A stretch of DNA of 44,753 nucleotides from Solobacterium sp. (lineage in GTDB: Bacteria > Bacillota_I > Bacilli_A > Erysipelotrichales > Erysipelotrichaceae). Shown here in pieces: positions 37,121-44,753 of this stretch (position 1 is the first letter of the stretch; each line of letters starts with the position of its first letter). The position numbers and the translations under genes are program-made. The notes under the pieces were generated by a model, which was given only the letters and a program-made list of their open reading frames with translations, made no database searches and was not told the origin of the DNA. Location of the stretch: NCBI GenBank assembly GCA_017419465.1, contig JAFOLE010000066.1, positions 1 through 44,753 on the forward strand. Reading direction: 5' to 3'.

Positions 37121-38206
37121 ATGCTGGATATCAAAATCACACTTGCGGAAACGCTTAAGGAAAAGCCTGCGGATGAATCCAAACTCGGATTCGGAAAAAT
37201 CTTCACAGACCACATGTTCGTCATGGAGTATGACAAGGACTACGGCGGAACCGGATGGCATGATGCGCGTATCGAACCGTATCATCCGTTCACACTGGAT
37301 CCGTCCTGTTCGGTACTGCACTATGCGCAGGAAGTCTTTGAGGGTCTGAAGGCATACCGTACACCGGATAACAGGATTCAGCTCTTCCGTCCGGAATGCA
37401 ATGCAAGACGGTATCAGGACAGCTGTGACCGTCTCTGCATCCCGCAGATTCCGGAAGAGGACTTTGTACAGGCAGTAAAGGCACTGGTTGAAGTGGACAA
37501 GGACTGGGTTCCGCATCAGGAAGGTGCGACGCTCTATATCCGTCCGTTCACCTTTGCGACAATGCCGCAGCTCGGCGTTCACGCCAGCACCAAGTACACC
37601 TTCTGCATCATCCTCTCGCCGTCCGGCGCATATTACGCAACCGGTCTTGCGCCGGTGCGCATCTATGTCGAGGATGAGTATATCCGTGCAGCGCCTGGTC
37701 TCACCGGATTTGCAAAGTGCGGCGGAAACTACGCGGCATCCATCAAGTCTGCGGAGATTGCGGAAGCACTCGGCTATTCCCAGGTTCTCTGGCTCGACGG
37801 TGTAGAGCACAAATATGTTGAGGAAGTCGGTTCGATGAACATCTTCTTCAAGATCGACGGAAAGATTTACACGGCACCGTGCACCGGAACAGTTCTTCCG
37901 GGTGTTACCCGCCGCAGTATCATCGAGCTCTGCAAGGACTGGGGTTATGAGGTCATTGAGGATAAGCTTGCAATTGATGATGTCATGAAGGCAGGCCATG
38001 ACGGCAAGCTGGAAGAAGTATTCGGCTCCGGAACCGCAGCTGTTGTAAGCCCGGTCAAGGAACTGAAATACGAAAAGGATGTTGTCATGATCGGCGACGG
38101 AAAGATCGGTCCGCTTACCCAGAAGCTGTACGATACCATGACCGGTATCCAGTGGGGTAAGATCGAAGATACCAAGGGCTGGATCACACCTGTCTGCATG
38201 GGATAA
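37121..38206 (+). CDS. ilvE: Branched-chain amino acid aminotransferase
   Basis: LGFGKIFTDHM, LHYAQEVFEGLKAY, AKCGGNYA, EEVGSMN, LPGVTR; start 37115 or 37121. Confidence 0.95.
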   Translation: MLDIKITLAETLKEKPADESKLGFGKIFTDHMFVMEYDKDYGGTGWHDARIEPYHPFTLDPSCSVLHYAQEVFEGLKAYRTPDNRIQLFRPECNARRYQDSCDRLCIPQIPEEDFVQAVKALVEVDKDWVPHQEGATLYIRPFTFATMPQLGVHASTKYTFCIILSPSGAYYATGLAPVRIYVEDEYIRAAPGLTGFAKCGGNYAASIKSAEIAEALGYSQVLWLDGVEHKYVEEVGSMNIFFKIDGKIYTAPCTGTVLPGVTRRSIIELCKDWGYEVIEDKLAIDDVMKAGHDGKLEEVFGSGTAAVVSPVKELKYEKDVVMIGDGKIGPLTQKLYDTMTGIQWGKIEDTKGWITPVCMG

Positions 38207-38232
38207 GTCTCAGACATCACATATTACACATT

Positions 38233-38259
38233 ACGGATCCTGAAAGGGGTCCGTTTTTT
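38233..38259 (+). terminator. Terminator of the ilvBNCDE operon
   Basis: ACGGATCCT-gaaa-GGGGTCCGT followed by TTTTT. Confidence 0.85.
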
Positions 38260-38307
38260 CGAAAGCAGGGGTATGATAATAACAGGAACCTCACGGAGGA
38301 CAATCTC

Positions 38308-38922
38308 ATGGATAAAGCATTATTGATTGAACTGTTCGGCTACCTCGGCTCGATTCTTGTCGTGGTGTCGATGCTGATGACATCGGTCATGCGCCTGCGG
38401 ATTATCAATACGATCGGAAGTATCATCTTTGCCATTTATGCACTGATCATCCGGTCCTATCCCACAGCCTTCATGAATTTCTTTCTTGTCGGCATCAACA
38501 TCTATCAGATGATCCGTCTGCACAAACGGTCCGGAGGGGATTACCGGTTCACGGAAGTCGGACTTGATGACCGGTTTCTGAATTTTCTGCTGGATTTCTA
38601 CAAGAATGACATCGCGGTCTATTTTCCTGATTTTGAAGAGCTGCGCAGCACCGCGGACAGAGCATATATCATTACGCTTGGATCCGAGGCGGTAGGCATC
38701 ACCATTGGAAAGAAGACCGGACCGGTAACGCTCGATCTTGTGCTGGACTATTCCACGCCTGCCTACCGGGACTGTTCGGTCGGAGAGTTTGAATACCCGC
38801 GGCTGAGGAAAGAAGGATTCTCTGTCCTGCAGTATTCCGGCAATAATCCCCAGCACATTGAGTATGTAAAGAAAGTCGGCTTTGAACCGGCGGATGGGGT
38901 ATACCGAAAGAAACTTCACTGA
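38308..38922 (+). CDS. YgjV-like small membrane domain fused to a GNAT-like soluble domain
   Basis: GYLGSILVVVSMLM...LRIINTIGS three-TM unit; C-terminal LDYSTPAYRDCSVG...YVKKVGF; SD GGAGG. Confidence 0.65.
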   Translation: MDKALLIELFGYLGSILVVVSMLMTSVMRLRIINTIGSIIFAIYALIIRSYPTAFMNFFLVGINIYQMIRLHKRSGGDYRFTEVGLDDRFLNFLLDFYKNDIAVYFPDFEELRSTADRAYIITLGSEAVGITIGKKTGPVTLDLVLDYSTPAYRDCSVGEFEYPRLRKEGFSVLQYSGNNPQHIEYVKKVGFEPADGVYRKKLH

Positions 38923-38931
38923 ATCACCGAC

Positions 38932-38980
38932 AAAAAAAGCATCGCTCACGGATCAAATCTGCTTCCGCTGCGATGCTTTT
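38932..38980. terminator. Bidirectional terminator
   Basis: AAAAAAAGCATCGC...GCGATGCTTTT between convergent genes. Confidence 0.7.
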
Positions 38981-38988
38981 AATGTGAG

Positions 38989-40422
38989 TTACCGGCAGTC
39001 TTTCAGGATATCCAGCAGAATCGTCCAGCCGTCATCGAAGGACTGAAGATCCATGCGTTCATCCGGTGAATGAATGTCCAGATTGATCGGACCGAATGTG
39101 ATGATATCCATCTTTGGATCAAGACCTTTGACAATGCCGCATTCCAGACCGCCATGCGTTGCCTGTTCCACATAGGTCAGACCATGGCGTTCCAGAACAT
39201 TCTTCATGATTCCGCGCATCTCTGATTCCGGCGTATATGCCCAGCCGGGATATCCTTTCGGCATATCACAGTGAAGCTGGAGAATATCCGCAAGTGTCTG
39301 CAGTTTATGACAGATATCAAAGCGCATGCTGTCATCTGCGGCACGGGCCATGATCTCAAAGACGACCGTGTCATCCTTGATGGAAATGACACCGAGGTTT
39401 AAAGACGCAATGGTCAGATTCTCAACTGCCATCGAACGATGCTGGAGGCCGTGCGGCATCAGGAAGATATAGTTGATGAGCCGATCAGAGATTTCTTTCG
39501 GGAAACTGCGGGATGCATTTTCCTTCGGTGTCAGGGTGATGCTGACACCGGCATCGCTGAACTGCAGTTCCGCGGTAATCTCACGGATGGATTTTCCGAT
39601 GATTTCATTCAGCTGTTCAGCCGGTGTGTTGGAGACAAAACGGAATACCGATTCACGGGGAATCGCATTTTCCTTGAGGCCGCCCTGCATCCAGGTAAGC
39701 GTAATATCAGCCCCGGCAATCTGAGCTTCCTTGAGAATACGTCCGGCAATGATATTTGCGTTTCCGCGCTCCAGATGAATCAGTCCGCCGGAATGACCGC
39801 CCTGAAGGCCTTTTACCGTCAGTTCATATTCGGGAAGATTGCATGGTTCCCAGTCAATCTTCTGGATGATCTTCGGACTTACCGCACCGGCACAGCTGGT
39901 GTCGGTGATATTCAGTCCGCCGCCGTCCAGTGAGATATAACGGTGTCCATGCAGGTCCTCTGCATGAAGTTCCGCCATACCAAGCAGGCCGATCTCTTCC
40001 TGAACCGTGAAAATGCATTCCAGCGGAGGATGCGCAATCGTCTCATCTTCCAGAATTGCGAGCATGTATGCAACGCCATGTCCGTCATCACCGCCAAGGG
40101 TGGTGCCGCGTGCCTTCAGCCAGCCGTCTTCGACATAGAGGTCCAGCGGATCTTTCTCAAAGTCGTGTTCAACATCATTGTTCTTTTCGCAGACCATGTC
40201 CATATGCGCCTGCAGGATGATCGGCTCACTCTGCTCATAACCGGCAGACGCAGGCTTATCGATCATGACATTCCAGACATGATCCTGCTTGTACGGCAGG
40301 TTATGGGCTTTTGCGAAGGCGCAGACATAATCGCTGATGCCTTTCTCGTTGCGGGATCCGCGCGGAATTTTTGAAATTTCATTGAAGTAGTAACAGTAAC
40401 GCTTGTTCAGATCAAAATTCAT
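38989..40422 (-). CDS. pepD: Aminoacyl-histidine (beta-Ala-His) dipeptidase, M20C
   Basis: IPRGS, LQAHMDMVCEK, TTLGGDD, EEIGL, GGHSG, HGGLECG, HSPDER; SD GGAGGTG. Confidence 0.92.
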   Translation of the reverse strand: MNFDLNKRYCYYFNEISKIPRGSRNEKGISDYVCAFAKAHNLPYKQDHVWNVMIDKPASAGYEQSEPIILQAHMDMVCEKNNDVEHDFEKDPLDLYVEDGWLKARGTTLGGDDGHGVAYMLAILEDETIAHPPLECIFTVQEEIGLLGMAELHAEDLHGHRYISLDGGGLNITDTSCAGAVSPKIIQKIDWEPCNLPEYELTVKGLQGGHSGGLIHLERGNANIIAGRILKEAQIAGADITLTWMQGGLKENAIPRESVFRFVSNTPAEQLNEIIGKSIREITAELQFSDAGVSITLTPKENASRSFPKEISDRLINYIFLMPHGLQHRSMAVENLTIASLNLGVISIKDDTVVFEIMARAADDSMRFDICHKLQTLADILQLHCDMPKGYPGWAYTPESEMRGIMKNVLERHGLTYVEQATHGGLECGIVKGLDPKMDIITFGPINLDIHSPDERMDLQSFDDGWTILLDILKDCR

Positions 40423-40470
40423 AAACACCTCCCGAAACAAACACAGAATATCGCATTGGTACAGAAACCG

Positions 40471-41166
40471 TTATTTACTGCTTAACATGTTTCCGATTTC
40501 CTGAAACAGGTTCTCCTCTTTTGCCATTACTTTTTCAGATAGCTCAGAGGTGCTTGTATGCCAGTATTCACACATGTCGTTGATAAAGCTGGATTTCAGT
40601 TTTTTGAGCAGTGTTTCTGCCTCTTCCGGATTCATATCGGCTTTCTGCATCTCATAGTCCTTGATCAGTTCCATCATCCGCCATTCCAGGTGGTACTTGA
40701 TCTTTGAATGCTGGAGCCAAAGCTGACGGTATTGCTTGACATCGACATATTTATTCAGCAGAAAAGCAAGGATGATCGGAACGGCGATAACGATATACAG
40801 ATAGATCTCATTCCATTCGTTATTGCCCATGACGAATGCTTTTTTGGTCACAAGGAACAGAATCATAAAGGGAATGGACGCAACGATAAGCAGAATCAGG
40901 GTTTTGTAAAGGAAGTATTTATTCTTGTATTCCACCGCGTACAGGCCTTCCGATGCATATGCCTTTTTAAACAGTCGGAGGCACACCGCATCGAACGGCT
41001 CTTTGCCATCTTCCGATTTCATCTTTTCGGATTCCCAGATTGTTTTGAAAATGTTGAATACTTCCGCGACAATCGGCTCTATTTCCTTTGAGTTGTAATG
41101 CAGCGTGACAAACACGATGACAAGTGCCAGCACAAACGGAATAAACAAATAGAATGCATAAATCAT
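40471..41166 (-). CDS. Hypothetical membrane protein, SLATT/DUF4231-like two-TM domain plus an N-terminal TM
   Basis: KNKY...ASIP TM hairpin followed by Y-x3-W-x2-H; SD GAGGTG; AT-richer than its flanks. Confidence 0.55.
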   Translation of the reverse strand: MIYAFYLFIPFVLALVIVFVTLHYNSKEIEPIVAEVFNIFKTIWESEKMKSEDGKEPFDAVCLRLFKKAYASEGLYAVEYKNKYFLYKTLILLIVASIPFMILFLVTKKAFVMGNNEWNEIYLYIVIAVPIILAFLLNKYVDVKQYRQLWLQHSKIKYHLEWRMMELIKDYEMQKADMNPEEAETLLKKLKSSFINDMCEYWHTSTSELSEKVMAKEENLFQEIGNMLSSK

Positions 41167-41349
41167 AGGGCACCTCTTCAAACTGACGCTTCAGATTTAA
41201 CTACAATTTTAACCGCTGGGGAGGAATCATGGAATCATCCGCATGCTTTTTTCTCTCTGTCCTGATAATTAACCGTCATTTGCCGGAGAATTGTCTTATT
41301 AAAAGCGTGTCTTACGTTTCCAGCTCGGAAATTGTATTAAAATAGAGCC

Positions 41350-42120
41350 ATGGATATTTACAAGCAATACAGAACGAAACTTATTACGATCATTGTCCTG
41401 TGCATTCTGATACTGATCGGATTGATTATTCTCAACTTCAAGGGCTGCAGCAGTAAGAAAGAACCGGAGCCTACACCGACACCGACTCCGACCGTTGAAC
41501 CGACACCGACACCGACGCCTACCCCGGAGCCGACGCCGGAAATTCCTGCGGTTGATCTTGAGTCGGATGATTCGCTGACCCGTTACGTCTCTCAGACACA
41601 TCCGATTTCTGAGACCTATGTGCCTGCGGACATGCGTACAGTCAATGTGCATTCTGCGGAAGCCAAGAAGCTCCGTGAAGAAGCGGCGACCAAACTGGAA
41701 GAGATGTTCCAGGCGGCAATCAATGACCGTATCTATCTCAAACTGGTTGACGGCTATCGTTCCTATCAGCTTCAGGCCGATCTGTTCAGTTATTACACAC
41801 AGACCAGAGGCGCGTACTATGCGTCCATCGTGGATGATCATCCAGGCGCCAGTGAGCACCAGCTTGGCCTTGCGGCGGATATCGGATGCTGGAACGGCGC
41901 ATGTGAACTGAGCTACTGCTTTACGCAGTATCCGGACTATACCTGGCTGAAGGAAAACTCCTGGAAGTACGGCTGGATCGAACGGTATCCGGAAGGCAAG
42001 CAGTCCATTACGAATATTGTCTTCAGCCCATGGCATTACCGTTACGTAGGTATCGATGAAGCTGCGAAGATCTACGAGAGCGGCCTGACGATGGAAGAGT
42101 ATTACAATATTCAGGGTTAA
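41350..42120 (+). CDS. M15B carboxypeptidase paralogue with the catalytic Glu replaced by Ser
   Basis: TM anchor, (PT)n stalk, DGYRSY, SEHQLGLAAD, FSPWHYRYVG. Confidence 0.85.
   Translation: MDIYKQYRTKLITIIVLCILILIGLIILNFKGCSSKKEPEPTPTPTPTVEPTPTPTPTPEPTPEIPAVDLESDDSLTRYVSQTHPISETYVPADMRTVNVHSAEAKKLREEAATKLEEMFQAAINDRIYLKLVDGYRSYQLQADLFSYYTQTRGAYYASIVDDHPGASEHQLGLAADIGCWNGACELSYCFTQYPDYTWLKENSWKYGWIERYPEGKQSITNIVFSPWHYRYVGIDEAAKIYESGLTMEEYYNIQG
41464..41540 (+). repeat. Coding Pro-Thr hexanucleotide repeat (CCGACA-like)
   Basis: Encodes PEPTPTPTPTVEPTPTPTPTPEPTPE. Confidence 0.7.
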
Positions 42121-42152
42121 CCGCGATACACAGAAACATGTCACGAGACACG

Positions 42153-42184
42153 AACCGGGATATCATTACTGTCCCGGTTTTTTT
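42153..42184 (+). terminator. Rho-independent terminator
   Basis: AACCGGGATA...TGTCCCGGTT followed by TTTTT. Confidence 0.75.
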
Positions 42185-42191
42185 ATAGATG

Positions 42192-42222
42192 AAAAAAAGA
42201 AAAGCTGACGAATGCCAGCTTT
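42192..42222 (-). terminator. asnA terminator
   Basis: A-rich run followed by AAAGCTG...CAGCTTT. Confidence 0.6.
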
Positions 42223-42227
42223 ACGTG

Positions 42228-43238
42228 TTACAGAAGCGGGATGTTGTTCTTCTCGCAGATTTTTACCATATCATCCGGCCAGATGCTTGCCTGCACTTCA
42301 CCGACATGCGCCTTGTTCAGCAGCAGCATGCACAGTCTTGACTGTCCGATACCGCCGCCGATTGTGTACGGCAGTTCCTTGTTCAGAATCATCTTGTGAT
42401 ACGGAAGGGTAAGACGTCCTTCGCAGTGGCTTGCCTTGCACTGGGTGCGGATGGAGTTTTCATCCACGCGGATTCCCATGGAGGAAATCTCGAGTGCGGT
42501 GGAAAGACTCGGCAGCCAGAACAGCAGGTCGCCGTTCAGGTTCCAGTCATCATAGTCCGGTGCGCGTCCGTCATGCGGGTGGTTGCTGCGGCGCAGCGGC
42601 CAGCCGATCTGCTTGATGAAGACGCATCCCTTTTCGCGGGTGATCGCAGTCTCACGGTCTTTCACGGAAAGATCCGGATAGCGGTCTTCGAGTTCCTGGC
42701 TGGTGATGAAGTAAACATCATCCGCAAGGTGGCATACCGCGTTCGGGTATTTGTACCAGACTTCATGTTCCATGTGTTTGATGATCTTGAAGATTTCACG
42801 GACGGTTGCTTCCAGCGTCTCATCCGTGCGCTCTTCCTTCGTGATGACCTTTTCCCAGTCCCACTGATCGACATAGGCGCTGTGCAGGTTATCCAGCAGT
42901 TCATCCCGCCGGATTGCATTCATGTTTGTATAAAGTCCCTCATGGACGTCAAATCCGTATTTCTTAAGCGCATACCGCTTCCACTTCGCAAGCGACTGAA
43001 CGACTTCAATCCGCTCCTCGGACATTTCCTGCATCTCGAAGGAAACGGGACGCTCGATACCGTTGAGGTTATCATTCAGACCGCTCTTCTTTGTGACAAA
43101 CAGCGGTGCGCTGATCCGGGAAAGATTCATTTCTTTGCCGAATTCTTTCTGAAAGGTGTCACGGATGTACTTGATTGCTTCCTGTGTTTCACGAACCGAA
43201 AGTACCGGATCGTATCCCTTTGGTGTGATAACTTTCAT
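42228..43238 (-). CDS. asnA: Aspartate--ammonia ligase
   Basis: [45 protein letters not shown]. Confidence 0.97.
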   Translation of the reverse strand: MKVITPKGYDPVLSVRETQEAIKYIRDTFQKEFGKEMNLSRISAPLFVTKKSGLNDNLNGIERPVSFEMQEMSEERIEVVQSLAKWKRYALKKYGFDVHEGLYTNMNAIRRDELLDNLHSAYVDQWDWEKVITKEERTDETLEATVREIFKIIKHMEHEVWYKYPNAVCHLADDVYFITSQELEDRYPDLSVKDRETAITREKGCVFIKQIGWPLRRSNHPHDGRAPDYDDWNLNGDLLFWLPSLSTALEISSMGIRVDENSIRTQCKASHCEGRLTLPYHKMILNKELPYTIGGGIGQSRLCMLLLNKAHVGEVQASIWPDDMVKICEKNNIPLL

Positions 43239-43343
43239 AATGCTTATCCCCTTATATAGTTATTTATTGTAAACATCTTGGCGCAGATAGGAAATAAAAA
43301 AATGAATTTGATTTGCATAACCCGCATGTTGTTTTAAAAAACG

Positions 43344-43386
43344 AAACAAAAGCGTCTGCTTCCCCGCAGGGCAGCAGACGCCTGTT
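43344..43386 (-). terminator. Terminator after the ABC exporter
   Basis: AAACAAAA then GCGTCTGCT...AGCAGACGC. Confidence 0.7.
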
Positions 43387-43419
43387 ATAAGAATCCTTTT
43401 GCGGTCTGCGGATGCTGTC

Positions 43420-44753
43420 TCAGCCTTCCGCAAACTGGGAGTTGTAGAGTTTTGCGTAGAATCCGTTTTTCTCCATGAGTTCTTCATGGTTGCCGACTTC
43501 CACGATATCGCCGTGATCCATGCACAGAATGATATCCGCATTGCGGATCGTGGAGAGGCGGTGGGCGATCACGAAACTGGTGCGTCCCTTCATGAGTTTC
43601 TCCATGCCTTTCTGAATCAGGATCTCGGTTCTGGTATCGACAGAGGAGGTTGCCTCATCGAGGATCAAAATCTTCGGATCACTCAGGAATGCTCGGGCAA
43701 TCGTCAGAAGCTGTTTCTGACCCTGGGAGATATTGGTGGATTCCTCGTTGATCACGGTCTGATAGCCGTCTTCCAGAGTCCGGATGAAGTGATCTGCATA
43801 GGCGTTGTCCGCAGCCTGGATGACTTCCTCATCGGTGGCATCCATGCGTCCGTAACGGATGTTTTCCATAACCGTTCCGGAGGAAAGCCATGCGTCCTGA
43901 AGCACCATGCCGAAGGCGTCGCGAAGATCGGTTCTGCGCAGCTTCCGTGTATCGATGCCGTCGATGTAGATCGTACCGCTGTTGAGATCATAGAAGCGCA
44001 TCAGCAGCTTGACGATCGTTGTCTTGCCGGCGCCGGTCGGACCGACGATTGCGACCTGCTTGCCCTGGGCAAAGTAGGCGCTGAAGTTGTGGATGATGAT
44101 CTCATTGGGATCATAGCCGAAACATACATTTTCGAAAGAGACATCACCGCGGATCGTCAGTGCACCGTTTTCATCGTAAATGGATACCGGGTTTTCCGGA
44201 TCCGGCGTTTCTTCCGGTTCCTCAAGGAATTCGAAGACACGCTCTGCCGCCGCTGCTGTGCTCTGCAGAATGTTCATCATCTGCGCGGTCTGTGTAATCG
44301 GCTGGTTGAAGGAACGGACATACTGGATGAATGCCTGAATGTCACCGATTGCCAGTCCGTTATGAATGGAGAGGTAACCGCCGAGCACACAGCATCCGAC
44401 GTAGCCGATGTTTCCGATCAGGTTTGTGATCGGCTGCATCAGTCCGCTCATGAACTGTGCTTTCCAGCCGGCTTCATACAGCTTTTCATTCAGATCATTG
44501 AATTCACTGATCGAACGTTCCTCGCCGTTGAATGCCTTCATGACGATGTGACCGCCGTACATCTCTTCGATATGGCCGTTCACATTGCCGAGCGTCTTCT
44601 GCTGGGCTTTGAAGTACGGCTGGCTGTTCTGTACCACGAAGGCTGCCGCAATGCCGGAGAGGGGAACGACGACCAGTGCCATGATCGTCAGCTGCCAGGA
44701 AATCCGGAGCATCATATACAGCACACCGATGACCGTGATCACTGAGGTGAAGA
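43420..44753 (-). CDS. ABC exporter, fused TMD-NBD half transporter; 5' end lies beyond the window
   Basis: TM helices, GPTGAGKTT, ISQGQKQLL, ILDEATSSVD, IAHRLST. Confidence 0.92.
   Translation of the reverse strand, partial: FTSVITVIGVLYMMLRISWQLTIMALVVVPLSGIAAAFVVQNSQPYFKAQQKTLGNVNGHIEEMYGGHIVMKAFNGEERSISEFNDLNEKLYEAGWKAQFMSGLMQPITNLIGNIGYVGCCVLGGYLSIHNGLAIGDIQAFIQYVRSFNQPITQTAQMMNILQSTAAAAERVFEFLEEPEETPDPENPVSIYDENGALTIRGDVSFENVCFGYDPNEIIIHNFSAYFAQGKQVAIVGPTGAGKTTIVKLLMRFYDLNSGTIYIDGIDTRKLRRTDLRDAFGMVLQDAWLSSGTVMENIRYGRMDATDEEVIQAADNAYADHFIRTLEDGYQTVINEESTNISQGQKQLLTIARAFLSDPKILILDEATSSVDTRTEILIQKGMEKLMKGRTSFVIAHRLSTIRNADIILCMDHGDIVEVGNHEELMEKNGFYAKLYNSQFAEG

Noticed and set aside
43420-44753. 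ABC exporter as the transporter for the double-glycine protein
   Set aside because: It is 24 kb away, its N-terminus is outside the window so no C39 domain can be seen, and it looks like a generic multidrug-type half transporter.
1-44753. Mobile elements, prophage, tRNA/rRNA, CRISPR
   Set aside because: No transposase, integrase or phage genes, terminal repeats, structural RNA signatures or spaced direct repeats were seen.

Overview
Chromosomal window of about 52% GC (estimated by eye) from a Gram-positive Bacillota (Firmicutes) anaerobe. T-box leaders, RicT, a class B sortase and an ECF S-component support Bacillota; an Erysipelotrichaceae-like gut or rumen organism is my inference only. 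I saw no rRNA, tRNA, CRISPR array, transposase or integrase. From left to right: a close homologue of the Cutibacterium (Propionibacterium) acnes polyunsaturated fatty acid isomerase PAI; citrate synthase; a FadR-type GntR regulator divergent from a CrtI/RetSat-like flavoprotein and an FAD/NAD/[2Fe-2S] reductase, with two TGGT-N3-ACCA operators between them; srtB-nudF-luxS-mtnN; queT with a preQ1-I-like leader; an M15 carboxypeptidase; yesL-like, pgm, tmk-holB-ricT-rsmI-prsW-DUF3842; a duplicated double-glycine/Nif11-like protein; an ECF S-component and a small membrane-protein pair that share an unannotated attenuator RNA; a branched-chain amino acid supercluster (Leu T-box leuACDB-ilvBN, Ile T-box ilvA-ridA, ilvBNCDE); then pepD, a SLATT/DUF4231-like orphan, a second M15 protein, asnA and a truncated ABC exporter. 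The best candidate for an undescribed system is the left-end locus (46-6603), a possible linoleate isomerisation and conjugated-diene reduction (biohydrogenation) module. The second is the repeated attenuator RNA motif at 19.15 and 19.8 kb. All family assignments come from motif recognition and memory, not database searches.
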